From the IMG/VR virus record IMGVR_UViG_2061766007_004349: DNA of 61,909 nucleotides, one strand, 5' to 3'. The position numbers and the translations under genes were made by a program. How positions within the stretch are numbered: position 1 is the first letter of the stretch; each line of letters opens with the position of its first letter. Shown one piece after another: positions 32,608 through 44,359 of the stretch. A model generated the notes under the pieces. The model searched no databases, was not told the origin of the DNA, and saw only the letters and a program-made list of their open reading frames with translations. The stretch is from an uncultured virus (IMG/VR IMGVR_UViG_2061766007_004349). Its lineage: Duplodnaviria > Heunggongvirae > Uroviricota > Caudoviricetes.

Positions 32608-34320
32608 CTAAATACTCTGTGAAGAAAAATTATCCAAATGCTTCCCAACATGACCAATGATGATTTTCTGTGTCACATTATCATAACAAAAATAAATTCG
32701 CACAAAATCCGGAGCACTCTCGCGGTTGCCGTTTCTGACATGCGGTTCTATCAATATCTCTCTTCCTTCATAGTCATCTTTTCGCAAATTCATTAATTTG
32801 TTATCTTTCCTCGTCTGAGTTCCCTCTCCGCGTGCCATATTCCAACCAGTAGCCGTCTGGAATGCTTGCTCAATGTTCGGAGTACCATCTTTATATAGAT
32901 CTCGTAAGGTTGTGGCTATAGAATAAAAACATCCCCAAAGAATATCTGCCCTTGTCTCACAAGTTTGCAACGAACGTAATCCTCGCTCAGTAAAGTCGAG
33001 CTTCTCCTGGAAAACTTTCCGGAAAAAATCTGCTATCTCGGATGGTGACTGTGGATAATTTGGAAAGCTACGTGATGCATCTAGCGATGCTTTTACTCCT
33101 CGTGCTTCTTCCTGAAATGAATCAAGATATGTGATTCTGCCTTGTAATTTCCAATTATCTTGTTTGGCTTCCTCAAGTTGTTCTTTAAGAGTATCTATCA
33201 TGTCTTGTTTGCTTGCGATATCCTCATCAGCCAGTAACAATAATTCCTCCGTGTCCTTAAGTTGTTCTTTTATCTCAGTATTTGACAGTTCTTTTTGATC
33301 CGCTGTAGCTTTTATTTCAGCGATTCGTGTTCTTAACTCAGTATTGCGTTGTTGGCGATACAATTCATCACAGTCTTCAATACGGAACATTTCTCGTGAA
33401 TCGCTGTAACGAATATCAGTTGAAAAAACACGTCGTAAGATACCAATAACCATATCTTCAGAGAGCGTATTAACTTGAGAAGCAGACAAATATCGACATT
33501 TTTTGTCGGATGATATACTCTTGGGCCAATAAACCATAATCTGTCCTTTTCTTGCATGAAGCTTTTTGTCAATGAAATATGTTATTTCATCGAGAACAGC
33601 TATGGAATCGATAGTATAAACGATAGCATTTCCAGCTACATTTCTTGCCACCTGTTTCGCGTCAACTGGAAAAACAAGACTATGATCATCGTCCTCATCT
33701 GGGACAATGAGGATATATGGCACAGTTCTGTCGTTATTCATTACCCGTTCAGCAAATGGTTTACCTGCACCGGGTTTCAACTCAATTTCATGAATTAGCA
33801 GCTTATCTGTCCCATTCATACAATCCAGTTTTTTGCTAAATAGTAAGTTTCTAACAAATCCAGGAAGAGTCGGATTCGGACAATTATCTATAATACCAAT
33901 AAAACCTGCTCTATCAGTATAATAAACGACATAAGAAATAGTGGCGCGATCAAAGGCTACTTGCTGAAACCCTATCTCTGTTGTCCATATCCTTGGAGCT
34001 TTTCCTATTGATAAATCTTCATCCTCATCGGGTTGTGAGGGTTCGTATTCTTCAATTTTGCACGCCCAATTGTAAAAGGATTCTTTACCAGTAAATGAAG
34101 TCGTTTTTGCGTAAACGATATAATCTTCTGTCCGAAAATCTCCATATCTCCTGAATTGTTGCCAATTCCAACCCGTCACCTTATCTTTGTATTTCCAATG
34201 GAGCCAATTATATATAGTAAAAATCACTTCCTCAAAAAGAGAAACATCAGGGAACCTTTTGACTATATCAAAATGAACTTTATAGTGAACTCGTGCTGCA
34301 AGATCTAACATTTGTTGCAT
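32608..34320 (-). CDS. Hypothetical protein: globular N-terminus, coiled coil, RelE-like C-terminus
   Basis: 570-aa AT-rich ORF; C-terminal PHVR...VRIYF...IIIGHVGKHL. Confidence 0.75.
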   Translation of the reverse strand: MQQMLDLAARVHYKVHFDIVKRFPDVSLFEEVIFTIYNWLHWKYKDKVTGWNWQQFRRYGDFRTEDYIVYAKTTSFTGKESFYNWACKIEEYEPSQPDEDEDLSIGKAPRIWTTEIGFQQVAFDRATISYVVYYTDRAGFIGIIDNCPNPTLPGFVRNLLFSKKLDCMNGTDKLLIHEIELKPGAGKPFAERVMNNDRTVPYILIVPDEDDDHSLVFPVDAKQVARNVAGNAIVYTIDSIAVLDEITYFIDKKLHARKGQIMVYWPKSISSDKKCRYLSASQVNTLSEDMVIGILRRVFSTDIRYSDSREMFRIEDCDELYRQQRNTELRTRIAEIKATADQKELSNTEIKEQLKDTEELLLLADEDIASKQDMIDTLKEQLEEAKQDNWKLQGRITYLDSFQEEARGVKASLDASRSFPNYPQSPSEIADFFRKVFQEKLDFTERGLRSLQTCETRADILWGCFYSIATTLRDLYKDGTPNIEQAFQTATGWNMARGEGTQTRKDNKLMNLRKDDYEGREILIEPHVRNGNRESAPDFVRIYFCYDNVTQKIIIGHVGKHLDNFSSQSI

Positions 34321-34345
34321 ACCTCCGTAATGCCTTTATTCTGTA

Positions 34346-37300
34346 TTATTCATCGAAACCAAAGTCTCCAATATGGAGTGTTCGGCAATTCTCCGTCACT
34401 GTTCTTACAATTGGAACGGGAGTTCCATTAGGCATATCTGCGTCCACCTCAAGACGAATCCGCACATTAGCCCCATCCACATGCATCAAGTGGTTGATCA
34501 CCTCGTCCATCAAGCGGCTTACGTCTTTATTGACACGGATCGTATCAATGTCAGCTGTCATGTAGAAGTGTTTATTGGCAGGTTGCGGATTTGGAGGTGT
34601 TACAGGATTCGGATTATCAGGTGTGACAGGAGTCACCGGTGGATTATCAGGATTGACAGGGGGATTAACGACAGGCTGAGGTGGAATGACCTGCGGTTGC
34701 GCTGCGATTTGCTTAAGCGCCGCCATTTGCTTTACAATANNNNNNNNNNNNNNNNNNNNNNNNNTAAGGCGATTATACTTGAGGCCAACAAAACGGCCAT
34801 CAGAAACGTTGTCCGCGTAAGCAAAATACTCATCCGAATTCACACCTGCTTGTACAGCATCGGAAAGCACATCAAAGTTGACCAAGCGAGGCAGATAACA
34901 ATAAGTGCATAACTGCTTCCACAAATCACCAATATTCTTATGATCGTAATCACCCCAGAGCAGCTTATCAAGCTCCATAAGTAACAGTGCCGGAGCCCAC
35001 TTGCCAATCAGCTGTTCATTCTGTTCCATTTTCCGGGCGGCTTTGGTAACAATGGTGTCCGTACCGCCGCGAATGCTGATGGTTTCCCAGACGATATCGC
35101 TCTTGCTGACATCCAGATCGATATAAGGCACCAGCAGCCAACAGTACGTTTCCCGAATGCGATCCTCAATGGTACGGTCGCACCGTTCCAGCATATTCTG
35201 CGTTTCTCGGTTCTGGGCAGCATCCAGATTCAGGTCTTCGCTATCTTCTTTGATGGATTTCCATGCAAGGAACTGCCGTGCGCCATCCTTTAGGGCAATC
35301 ATCGCATTCTGATCCGGCGCGATAAAAGCCAGCATGTTCCGGTAGATGCGAGGGGACTGTCCGCGGTTATTCAGGATGTCCAGGGCGGCTTGAATGGCGT
35401 GATCCGTTTCAATATTTGTTTTGTAAGTCGCAGAAATTGGCAGAATCACAAGACCAACGTCCTGATCGTCGGACACGTCCGCGGAGCTGGTGGGGTTGAT
35501 ATGCAGGCGGCTGAAGGGACGCTCCTTTCGGATATTCCGCAGGCGACGTTCAATTTCCATCTCCACGTTTTCCTTTGACTGCTGGCTCGCCCGGTCTTCT
35601 GCGGTCTTACGCAGGGTGGGCCGAGTGTCATACCAGAAACGTTCGGCGGAGGGATTGGTGTATAGGTAAGTCAGGCTGGATTGCAGCGTGTTCAGCGCGT
35701 CGTTAAATGTGGCGATGTTTTCTCCGGGCTGAATGGTGCCCAAACGGATGCGTGATGCTTCTAAGCCACGGACGGACTGTTGCCGTTCGCTGGGAGCAGA
35801 ACCGAGCATGATGGTACGGGCTACACGGCGGCAGGCCATCAGGTGACCAAAGCGAGGAGTGTTCTGATCTTTCTGATAAGGAATAGAATCCTTACCGTCC
35901 ACCTCATGATCCACGATGGCATTCCAGTTGTCGCCTACGTGACGGGTCAGTTCATCGCGGACAGCGGGTACATCCAACGTCATGGAACCGGGCATGATCA
36001 TCAATCCGGCATCCTGATTCATCCACAGATCATGGATCACTGCTGCCATCAGACGCAGCACACCACGGGTTTTCTGGAAATGCTCAATTGTCGCCCAGTC
36101 CTCATACAGCCGGTCAAATACTTCCGGATGAATCGGATAGCAGGACTGCAACCGCGTGAGATAGTCTACTTCCTTTGCTTCTGTTGGGAAATCCGCAGAA
36201 TTATCCTGATACATCTGGCTGAATGCCAAGCATACCTGATTCCGTTTGGTTTCATCCTTACAATTCTGGAACAGGCGGCGGCGCACAATCTCAAAGCCCT
36301 CATTCGCTGCGACAGGTTTCCAGATGGATTCCATGCGTCCAAAGGTATGCTCTATAGCTGTCAGTGCTTCCTTGCCGCCGCCTTCGCCAATTTCGATCTC
36401 ACTTTCCGGGATTGATGCAACCACAAGGCTGTTTTCACTGGCGCGGGCAGCTTCAGTTAGTTCCTGAATAAAGGTTATCAGATTGTCGAAGGAACCAGCG
36501 ACCAGGCCCTCTTTATGCCACAGCTTTTTGGCATATGCGACCAATTCATCAATCAGTATAACACATGGGCCGCAGGAATTGAAAAGATCAATAAGAGCCT
36601 TTGAACCAGGCGCGACACCTTTTTTGTCTGCTTCTTTGATATAATCGTAAACCTTGGGTACACCGGAATCCACAGCCAGCTGTGCGGCCATCTCACCCCA
36701 AAGTGTATTAATGGTCACACCGGGAAGCTGTGGTTCACGGCGGCTCTTGGAAGGATCAAGCGCAGTGCCGACCAGTACAGCAACACGGCAGATAGGTGGC
36801 ATTTTAATCCCAGCGGCTTCCAACACTGCCTTAAGGCTTTCAACCTTTGCAACAGGTGCTTTTCCACGAAGGGTATGATACAAAGCCAGCATACTGTGGG
36901 TTTTACCACCGCCAAAAGCTGTTTTTAACTGGATAACGGGCTCGCCATCCAAGTTGGAGACTCTGCGTAGAGCTTGTACTAACAGTCCCTTAATACCCTC
37001 CGTCATATAGGTACGGGAGAAGAATTCAATAGGGTCGCGGTATTCGTAGGAACCTTCACCACGAGCCACCTGAGCCAGATCAGCAGCGAACTCCGCCTTT
37101 TTATATCGGCCCTGCGCCACATCAGGGTGAGGCTCCATCACATCCCGCCAACTGGGCAAACCGGCCACTGGCGTTTTTTGCATCACACCAGATGTTTTCT
37201 TATTGGCTTCTGTTGCAGTATTAACAGCCTGCATGGAACCCTGTTCGCTTCCGTACAGATGGACACGATATAATGCCTGAATCTGTGCTTCCGCTTCCTC

Positions 37301-37717
37301 ATCCATCTGTCCGGCAAGCAGGCTGATATTGTCCAGAGCGCTGGCAGTTTCACCGTCAGACAAGTCATTGCCGCCAATATGAGAAATATCATTCCGGGCG
37401 TCCTGCACCAGCTTATTCCAGGAGCGGGCTTTTTTGTTCATCAAGTGGGAAAACAAATTGTTCCAATTCTTTTCCAGCACATTGCAGCAGCCTTGAATAT
37501 CCAGCGCGTCGGTGCGCTCGTCCCAGGCCGTTAAACGCAGCAATTCATCCTGGTCATGCTGAAAGGCGGTGGCAAAGGGAACCACCGCTTCCGTCCACCA
37601 GAGGGTATCATTCAGCCTGTAGTCCGGTATCTTTTCCCGAATGTTTTTGCAAATCCAGGGAGCCATAATATCTCGCAGTATTTCCAAAGCCTTTTGTACT
37701 TTATCTCTGTTTTTCAT
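34346..37717 (-). CDS. DUF499 AAA+ ATPase with N-terminal Swt1-like HEPN
   Basis: RNDISH (RxxxxH); LPSWR...PHPDV, TAFGGGKTHS, LIDELV, YPIHPE and FQKTRGVLR motifs. Confidence 0.9.
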   Translation of the reverse strand: MKNRDKVQKALEILRDIMAPWICKNIREKIPDYRLNDTLWWTEAVVPFATAFQHDQDELLRLTAWDERTDALDIQGCCNVLEKNWNNLFSHLMNKKARSWNKLVQDARNDISHIGGNDLSDGETASALDNISLLAGQMDEEAEAQIQALYRVHLYGSEQGSMQAVNTATEANKKTSGVMQKTPVAGLPSWRDVMEPHPDVAQGRYKKAEFAADLAQVARGEGSYEYRDPIEFFSRTYMTEGIKGLLVQALRRVSNLDGEPVIQLKTAFGGGKTHSMLALYHTLRGKAPVAKVESLKAVLEAAGIKMPPICRVAVLVGTALDPSKSRREPQLPGVTINTLWGEMAAQLAVDSGVPKVYDYIKEADKKGVAPGSKALIDLFNSCGPCVILIDELVAYAKKLWHKEGLVAGSFDNLITFIQELTEAARASENSLVVASIPESEIEIGEGGGKEALTAIEHTFGRMESIWKPVAANEGFEIVRRRLFQNCKDETKRNQVCLAFSQMYQDNSADFPTEAKEVDYLTRLQSCYPIHPEVFDRLYEDWATIEHFQKTRGVLRLMAAVIHDLWMNQDAGLMIMPGSMTLDVPAVRDELTRHVGDNWNAIVDHEVDGKDSIPYQKDQNTPRFGHLMACRRVARTIMLGSAPSERQQSVRGLEASRIRLGTIQPGENIATFNDALNTLQSSLTYLYTNPSAERFWYDTRPTLRKTAEDRASQQSKENVEMEIERRLRNIRKERPFSRLHINPTSSADVSDDQDVGLVILPISATYKTNIETDHAIQAALDILNNRGQSPRIYRNMLAFIAPDQNAMIALKDGARQFLAWKSIKEDSEDLNLDAAQNRETQNMLERCDRTIEDRIRETYCWLLVPYIDLDVSKSDIVWETISIRGGTDTIVTKAARKMEQNEQLIGKWAPALLLMELDKLLWGDYDHKNIGDLWKQLCTYCYLPRLVNFDVLSDAVQAGVNSDEYFAYADNVSDGRFVGLKYNRLXXXXXXXXXIVKQMAALKQIAAQPQVIPPQPVVNPPVNPDNPPVTPVTPDNPNPVTPPNPQPANKHFYMTADIDTIRVNKDVSRLMDEVINHLMHVDGANVRIRLEVDADMPNGTPVPIVRTVTENCRTLHIGDFGFDE

Positions 37718-37789
37718 TGGCGGTTTTCCCCCTAAATCATTCTCGCTACGGTATCGATCTATTGCCTGTTCCTTTGTGCATGACTACAA

Positions 37790-40561
37790 TCATAAACTTC
37801 CCAAATCCATTGCGATCTGTTCCGGCGTTTCCGCTTTGATGGATGCTGCCATAGCCAGGATTTCCGGCCAGGCAACCACCAAATTGTTATAGGCGTAGCC
37901 TTCCTGTGCCCAGCCCTTCCGTTCACAGATGGTGTACAGGCGGTAGGCCAGGGCCTTGGCGTTTTCCGCATTACTGCCATACATGTAAGCCAATTCTTTG
38001 GCGCAGCCCTTTACCCCTTCTTTTTCAAAGAGATAGGCAAGCTGCTGGGTCAGCAGCCAGATACATTCTTCGTTCCGGTTAATCGTTGCCGGTATTTCTT
38101 CCCGGGTCAGCAGATGAACACGACCTTTGGAAGCGATCAGCACATGACGGTCAGCCAGTGCTTGAATAGAAATACTCTTCGCTGTTGCCAATACTTGTGC
38201 TTCGCCAAATGCCATTTCATTGAAACCTATCTGCTGAAACAGATCCACGCAGAACCGGCTACCGGAATCCATTTCGCCCTCCTGCTCATTGTAGAAGGCA
38301 TCCAGTTCCTGATTGATGATTTGCAGGGCGGAAGAAACGGTCATGGGTTTTCCGTCCGCCTCCAGCACGGATTTGTAGCGGCTGAACACGCCAATGCCAG
38401 GGCCGATGGCAGATTGGGCCAAGTCTACTGGGGCGATGTTGGCGCTTTGCAGCTTTTCCAAGGCGGGGCGCATTTCCCGGTGGAGATTGTTGATGAATTC
38501 ACGGCGGGTCACGCTGCGGGCATTTTCAACGCGTTTGCGACAAACGAGAACAATAGAGGATGCAAGCGCATTTGACCCCATTGCTAATGATCGCGAGCTC
38601 ATTTCTGTTCTCATCGGCCAAGTGCCCGTTATAGTGAAACCAGCTTTATCAATTGCAGTCAGCATAGTCTCCCAACCAGACGATTCACGATCAGTAGCTG
38701 ACTCAGAGTCACTTTGCTTAAAAGCATAATAGATTGTAACAGGAATCTCATCAGATGAATATTTATATAGTTGACAACAAGTATTATACATTCCTTCTTC
38801 AAAGAAACCTTTGGCCTTTTGTACATTTCCACCGTGCCTATACTGATTTGCAATGAGTTCCTCAGCTTTTGGTACAAGCAGCGTGTTAAATAGCTTTGGA
38901 TATGTACCTCTTAAAGCTTGTCTCATCCAAACATAGAAATAATCCGATAAATCCGCATATCCTATATTATCATAATAGGGAGGATCTGTTGAAATAATCA
39001 AGTTACGTAAAGAACAATCTGATTGTGCATCAAATTGTCTTGCAGTTCCTTTACCAGACGCCGGGAAATTCGGAATACACTTGATAATCCATTCAATCAT
39101 ATTGCTATAGCAACCTGACGAGTCACTGAATGGATTTGCTTCTGCATAATCCCAACACATAGGTATTGCTTGCCGTGAAAAAGTATGTCCTATTTTCTCT
39201 CCTGAGTTATGCCAATTACATATAGAAGAATGATAATCGGCAAGTTTGCCCATTAAAAAAGCAAAATAAACACCAATTGCTTCACCGTATGCACGAGCAC
39301 CTAAACCACCATCTGAAAGACTAATATGGTCATTAGCCATTCCAGATGCAATGGCATCTGCCTCTGCCTGTCCTTGTATTTCTTGCACCAGTTCTGAAAA
39401 CACTATTAATGTGGTAAGCTGTCTATTTGTAAATAAATCCTTAAACTCGGTTAAACCATATACTACTGTATTCAGATGCCCAGGGTAATACGCGAGTTGT
39501 CCTTCAGGGTAATTTTCGGGTCTACTTACATTTGCAGTATTTTTTTGCTCAGAATCTGCATTTAGATACAATCTTCCGTTTGGACCGTCTGCAACAACTG
39601 CCATCATTTGACAGCCTAAACGACCTTCAATACTTTCACTTCGTATATAAGGAAATTCAATTCCTGTCCCACAATGAGGGCATAAAGCACCTTTTCGATT
39701 AATGGTTCCCTCATCTTTGGTTTTCCCGAGTTTTACAACAAAGTCAAAAGTACCTTGATCATCATAAATTGGCTGGATAAATGCTTCTTTTCCTTTTTTC
39801 TTTGACAAAACAAAAGTATGGGCTAAAGGAAGCGTACATCCACACGCTGGATTCGGACATTTTACCGTCCTGGCCCAAATCCAGGCAATTACCGTCGCTT
39901 CTCCGCCGCCCTGCTCCTTGGGCACTTTGACCTTTGGATACAGATGCCCAATTTTTTCAAAGGCTTTCTTCTTCATCCATTCGCCATAATAGCGTACATC
40001 CTCCGCTAAGCCTGCAGCACCCCTCCAGGCATCCTTGTATTCGCTGCCCACCTGCTGATCACGAATCAATGGATTGACCGGTGGCTGATTCGCAAACTTA
40101 GGGGGAATCTCGATCATAGCCTTGTTGATCATCACAGCCACCGGGTTCAGGTCGTGGGCATGAGCTTCCAGACCCAGCCGCTGGGCTTCCAGCGGGNNNN
40201 NNNNNNNNNNAAGGAGAGGAGGGGGATTGTTTCCAGTGCTCTTCATGATTTCTGCTTTGGCCTCTGCCAGAACTTCCGGATTGTTGCTGTTTTCCCATAC
40301 CACCAGCCTGGTCAGAATATCAAACAGGCGCTTCCGTTCTTTCTGCTGTTCTTCCTCTGTGGGAAACTGCTCCGGATGGCTGGAGGGATCATCCACCAGG
40401 GATGACCAAATCACGGCCCTGGCCGTCGCTAAAGGCCGACGTGCCCACCACAGATGCAGGGTGGAGGGATGCCCATGACGTATGGACTTTTCACGTGCGG
40501 ATTCTGCGTTGATCGCTTCCAACGGCAGCGCCACTTCAATCAGTTTCTTTTTCATCGGCAT
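37790..40561 (-). CDS. DUF1156 adenine DNA methyltransferase
   Basis: [25 protein letters not shown] and TDPPYYD motifs. Confidence 0.9.
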   Translation of the reverse strand: MPMKKKLIEVALPLEAINAESAREKSIRHGHPSTLHLWWARRPLATARAVIWSSLVDDPSSHPEQFPTEEEQQKERKRLFDILTRLVVWENSNNPEVLAEAKAEIMKSTGNNPPPLLXXXXXPLEAQRLGLEAHAHDLNPVAVMINKAMIEIPPKFANQPPVNPLIRDQQVGSEYKDAWRGAAGLAEDVRYYGEWMKKKAFEKIGHLYPKVKVPKEQGGGEATVIAWIWARTVKCPNPACGCTLPLAHTFVLSKKKGKEAFIQPIYDDQGTFDFVVKLGKTKDEGTINRKGALCPHCGTGIEFPYIRSESIEGRLGCQMMAVVADGPNGRLYLNADSEQKNTANVSRPENYPEGQLAYYPGHLNTVVYGLTEFKDLFTNRQLTTLIVFSELVQEIQGQAEADAIASGMANDHISLSDGGLGARAYGEAIGVYFAFLMGKLADYHSSICNWHNSGEKIGHTFSRQAIPMCWDYAEANPFSDSSGCYSNMIEWIIKCIPNFPASGKGTARQFDAQSDCSLRNLIISTDPPYYDNIGYADLSDYFYVWMRQALRGTYPKLFNTLLVPKAEELIANQYRHGGNVQKAKGFFEEGMYNTCCQLYKYSSDEIPVTIYYAFKQSDSESATDRESSGWETMLTAIDKAGFTITGTWPMRTEMSSRSLAMGSNALASSIVLVCRKRVENARSVTRREFINNLHREMRPALEKLQSANIAPVDLAQSAIGPGIGVFSRYKSVLEADGKPMTVSSALQIINQELDAFYNEQEGEMDSGSRFCVDLFQQIGFNEMAFGEAQVLATAKSISIQALADRHVLIASKGRVHLLTREEIPATINRNEECIWLLTQQLAYLFEKEGVKGCAKELAYMYGSNAENAKALAYRLYTICERKGWAQEGYAYNNLVVAWPEILAMAASIKAETPEQIAMDLGSL

Positions 40562-40577
40562 TTTCTTCCACTCGCTT

Positions 40578-43500
40578 TCAGAATTCTATCGACCCGATCT
40601 GCAGCAGGTCGGCAATCTCATAGTTCACACTGGTGGCCCCAATATCCGGCGCAGCGTTGAAGGGCCGTTTCAGATAGACCGCATGGGTCTGATCTCCATC
40701 CACTTCAACAATCGCAAGGACAAACTCCTCCGGCTTGTTTAAGGCTGTCAGTATCTCGTTCTTTGTGACCGTCACTGTGGTGGAGCCTTTCTGCCTGCCT
40801 TTGACTTCGATAAAACGCAGGCAATTCCCGCCACCGCGCCGTTCCTCCGGGATTGTGGACTCAATATCATATCCTACCTTGTCCATACTGACATCCTTCG
40901 GGATATTGCCGATGGCCTGTTCGTGTTGCATAACACAGTTCATAGCCGTCAGTTCCACCTCAGTCCTGTTCTGGCTGAACAGACTTCCTGTGTTCTGCTG
41001 TCCAGTGATCCTGTTCAGCAAACCCTGCGGAATAATCAATGCACCGCCTGCGATCACCGGCGGGCAGGGGCTGATATGTTTTTCCTCGTCCAGTTCACTG
41101 AGCCGTTTTTCAAGCCGCGCTTGCAGATCATCTGCCCGACGCTGCGCATTGTCTGAATTCAACTTCGGATTGCCTTTTCCTGCTGCTTCTTTCTGCCGGA
41201 GATCGGATGCCCGATAATCCCAATATTGGATTTCTTCGGTCAGGCGTGTCTTGACGGCCTTCGCTACTTTGTCCGCATATTCCTGACGACGTTTTCGCAC
41301 CTCCTGATAGTGGGCTGGAACGATTTCCGTCATGGCATAATGGATAGCGATGTCTTCGATATTCCCTGCCAGCCAAGATTGGGTTTTGGCATAATCAAGG
41401 GCCGCTTTGGTTTCATCTTCCGTAGCGGCGCGGTAATCCAGGTAAGGAGCATATCCGGCAGTGTGCGCTTTCCCTGATTCATCCAGTTCCACAAATTGCA
41501 GACTCTTATCTACCACACGCTGTGCGCCGCTTGGGAGCCTGTGCCCATCCTGGAAAGCATCCTCAATGTAAAACAGAAGCCGGGGCTTGTCGCCGGGATC
41601 GTTTTCATCGATCAGTACAGCGCCACGCTTCATCACATCCGCGCTCTGCTCCAGCGTCAGGTCAATGACAGCTTCCAGCAACGGATGACCGGGGCATAGC
41701 TGATCCGCAACAGGCAGACCGGGCACATTGACGTACTGCTTATCGAAGCACACCCGTTCATACCGAGTGGCAACCGGAACACCAAAGCCGATCTGCTGAT
41801 CACGGGAGCGAACCTTGTAAGGCACATTGGAAATCTCCCAGCGACCTTTTTCACGCTTACGGATAGAACCACCAAGCGCCTTGAAGGCTTCAATGAAGAA
41901 GGCTTCCACAAAATGGGGCTGTAGTTTATGAGCTTCCATCCGCTCCATATCCTCGCGGATCATATTCACGCGATGCACGTCCATCACATCGTCGGTCAGG
42001 GCTTCTTCATCCATTAAGTCCAACAGCTTCTGCCGGTCAAGACTGCGATCAACGACCTGCTGCATACGGGCACGGGTGGCGGGATCATTCCCATACCGAA
42101 TGGCTTCCACCAACAGATCCCGAAGAGGCTTATTGTCGAAGGTGACTTTACCAAGTATATCAAACACACGACCAGAAAGAGCCGCTTTTTCTTCTTCCAG
42201 TTTCTCAAACAGGCGTTGGAATACCTCGCCCTCGCGGGTCTCTTGGGATACAAGATTCCACAGATAACAAACCTCTGTCTGGCCGATACGATGGATACGA
42301 CCAAAACGCTGCTCAAGACGGTTAGGGTTCCACGGCAAGTCATAATTTACCATGAGATGCGCCCGCTGCAGGTTGATGCCCTCACCGGCGGCGTCTGTGG
42401 CGATCAGAATGCGGACTTCCTTATCCTGCTTGAAACTGGTCTCGATTTTTCGCCGGTCATCCCGAAGCATTCCACCGTGAATCGTAACCACCGCTTCCGG
42501 CTTTCCGAAGAGGGTACGGATCTTATCTGCCAGATAATTAAGGGTATCCCGATGCTCGGTAAAGATGATCAACTTTTCACGATTGCCGTTTTTCTCAAAC
42601 ATGAGCTCATTTTCCTGAAGCAGGCTGGAAAGCTCATCCCACTTTCGATCATGTCCGCTCAGGCGCACTTCGTTGGCCATACGCTCCAGGCGAAGAAGCG
42701 TATCGATTTCTGCTTCCAGTTCCGAAATGGTGCGTGAAGCGGATGCCTGATCCGCCACGCGCTCCTCTTCCTGTTCCAGCTCATCGCCTGGCATTTCATC
42801 GAGATCATCCGGTTCATCCGCTATAATGTCCTGTACCCGTTTGCCGAGTTTTTCTTCGGCGAGACGATTCTGCAGGCGCTCACGTCTGCGATGCAGGGAC
42901 TGATAAATGGCTTCTGGTGAGGACGCCAAGCGGCGCTGCAGGATTGTCAAAGCGAAANNNNNNNNNNNNNNNNNNNCATCCAAGTGATCGGCACGGTTGA
43001 ACTCGTCCTGTACATAGGAAGTCACCGCCGTATACAGCTTAGCCTCCGCATCAGACAGGTCATAATTGACTGTATACGCGATACGCTCCGGGAACAAGGG
43101 CGTGCCGTCAAACTTTAGCAGATCTTCCTTGACCAGACGGCGCATCACATCGCTGACGTCGATGGATTGATTGCTGGTACGCAATGCACCTTCAAAACGA
43201 TCCTGATCGACTAAAGACATGAATAGCTGAAAATCTTCTTCTTTACCATTGTGCGGGGTGGCCGTCAGGAGAAGGAAATGCCGAGTAAGACCTGACAACA
43301 AGCGCCCCAATAGGAAGCGTTTTGTGTATTTCGCTTCTCCGCCCCAGAAAGAGGCAGACATCTTATGTGCTTCATCGCAGACAATCAGATCCCATTCCGA
43401 TACTTTCAACTTTTCCTGAAGTTCTTCATTCCGGGATAGTTTATCAAGCCTCGCAATGGCGTAATTCACCTCTGTGAAGGCGTTACCAGAGACAGCCGAT

Positions 43501-44063
43501 TCCAGCCGATCATTGGTCAGCAGTTCAAAGCGCAGATGAAATTTTGAATATAGTTCATCCTGCCATTGTTCGCACAGATTTCCGGGAGCTACAATCAGAC
43601 AGCGTTTCAGGTCGCCTCTGATGATTAGTTCCTTGAGCAGCAAACCGGTCATGATGGTCTTGCCTGCGCCAGGGTCGTCCGCAAGCACATAACGCAAGGG
43701 TAAACGGGGCAGCATTTCTTCATAAACTGCACTTATCTGGTGCGGCAATGGGTCAATAGAAGAAGTATGAACAGCCAGATAGGGGTCGAACAGATGAGCA
43801 AGCTGAATACGATACGCTTCAGAAACCAAGCGCATCTTGTTTCCATCGACATCAAAACTCCATGGTAAACTTTTTGAGACAATATCCATGGATGGCTCAT
43901 CTTCCCGGTAAACTAATCGCTCACCCGTTTGCCCACGGTTGGTCTTATAGAACACATCGAGGCATGCTGTTCCATACCACTTGGAAGAGACCACAGTGAC
44001 TGGCTCATGTGGAATAATACCAAGAACGATGCTGCCATCAGTAATATCTTCAAGCCTTGCCAT
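40578..44063 (-). CDS. SNF2 helicase with C-terminal DUF3883 nuclease
   Basis: [36 protein letters not shown]...FIEVKG. Confidence 0.9.
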   Translation of the reverse strand: MARLEDITDGSIVLGIIPHEPVTVVSSKWYGTACLDVFYKTNRGQTGERLVYREDEPSMDIVSKSLPWSFDVDGNKMRLVSEAYRIQLAHLFDPYLAVHTSSIDPLPHQISAVYEEMLPRLPLRYVLADDPGAGKTIMTGLLLKELIIRGDLKRCLIVAPGNLCEQWQDELYSKFHLRFELLTNDRLESAVSGNAFTEVNYAIARLDKLSRNEELQEKLKVSEWDLIVCDEAHKMSASFWGGEAKYTKRFLLGRLLSGLTRHFLLLTATPHNGKEEDFQLFMSLVDQDRFEGALRTSNQSIDVSDVMRRLVKEDLLKFDGTPLFPERIAYTVNYDLSDAEAKLYTAVTSYVQDEFNRADHLDXXXXXXXFALTILQRRLASSPEAIYQSLHRRRERLQNRLAEEKLGKRVQDIIADEPDDLDEMPGDELEQEEERVADQASASRTISELEAEIDTLLRLERMANEVRLSGHDRKWDELSSLLQENELMFEKNGNREKLIIFTEHRDTLNYLADKIRTLFGKPEAVVTIHGGMLRDDRRKIETSFKQDKEVRILIATDAAGEGINLQRAHLMVNYDLPWNPNRLEQRFGRIHRIGQTEVCYLWNLVSQETREGEVFQRLFEKLEEEKAALSGRVFDILGKVTFDNKPLRDLLVEAIRYGNDPATRARMQQVVDRSLDRQKLLDLMDEEALTDDVMDVHRVNMIREDMERMEAHKLQPHFVEAFFIEAFKALGGSIRKREKGRWEISNVPYKVRSRDQQIGFGVPVATRYERVCFDKQYVNVPGLPVADQLCPGHPLLEAVIDLTLEQSADVMKRGAVLIDENDPGDKPRLLFYIEDAFQDGHRLPSGAQRVVDKSLQFVELDESGKAHTAGYAPYLDYRAATEDETKAALDYAKTQSWLAGNIEDIAIHYAMTEIVPAHYQEVRKRRQEYADKVAKAVKTRLTEEIQYWDYRASDLRQKEAAGKGNPKLNSDNAQRRADDLQARLEKRLSELDEEKHISPCPPVIAGGALIIPQGLLNRITGQQNTGSLFSQNRTEVELTAMNCVMQHEQAIGNIPKDVSMDKVGYDIESTIPEERRGGGNCLRFIEVKGRQKGSTTVTVTKNEILTALNKPEEFVLAIVEVDGDQTHAVYLKRPFNAAPDIGATSVNYEIADLLQIGSIEF

Positions 44064-44106
44064 GTTTGATTTCCTTCCTGTATATCAATATGTCTTAAAG
44101 CTCTTT

Positions 44107-44331
44107 TTATTCTTGGCCACTTTGTTCATCTACGAGTTCCATAATATCATCTAATTCGCAGCCAAGCCCATTGCAAATTTTCAGCAATACTGCCGTTGTA
44201 ATATTCTCATTTCGACCAAGTTTAGCAATAGATGCGGTACTGATGCCGGTCTTTTCTTTTAGTTCATGCCTTTTCATATGCCGATCAATCAATAATTTCC
44301 AAAGTCGGTTATAGCTAATAGTTCTTGTCAT
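44107..44331 (-). CDS. Cro/C1-type HTH (HTH_26) regulator
   Basis: ISYNRLWKLLIDR...SIAKLG...LLKIC...DIME. Confidence 0.85.
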   Translation of the reverse strand: MTRTISYNRLWKLLIDRHMKRHELKEKTGISTASIAKLGRNENITTAVLLKICNGLGCELDDIMELVDEQSGQE

Positions 44332-44359
44332 AGTATTCTCCCTTTCATTAACCATCATT

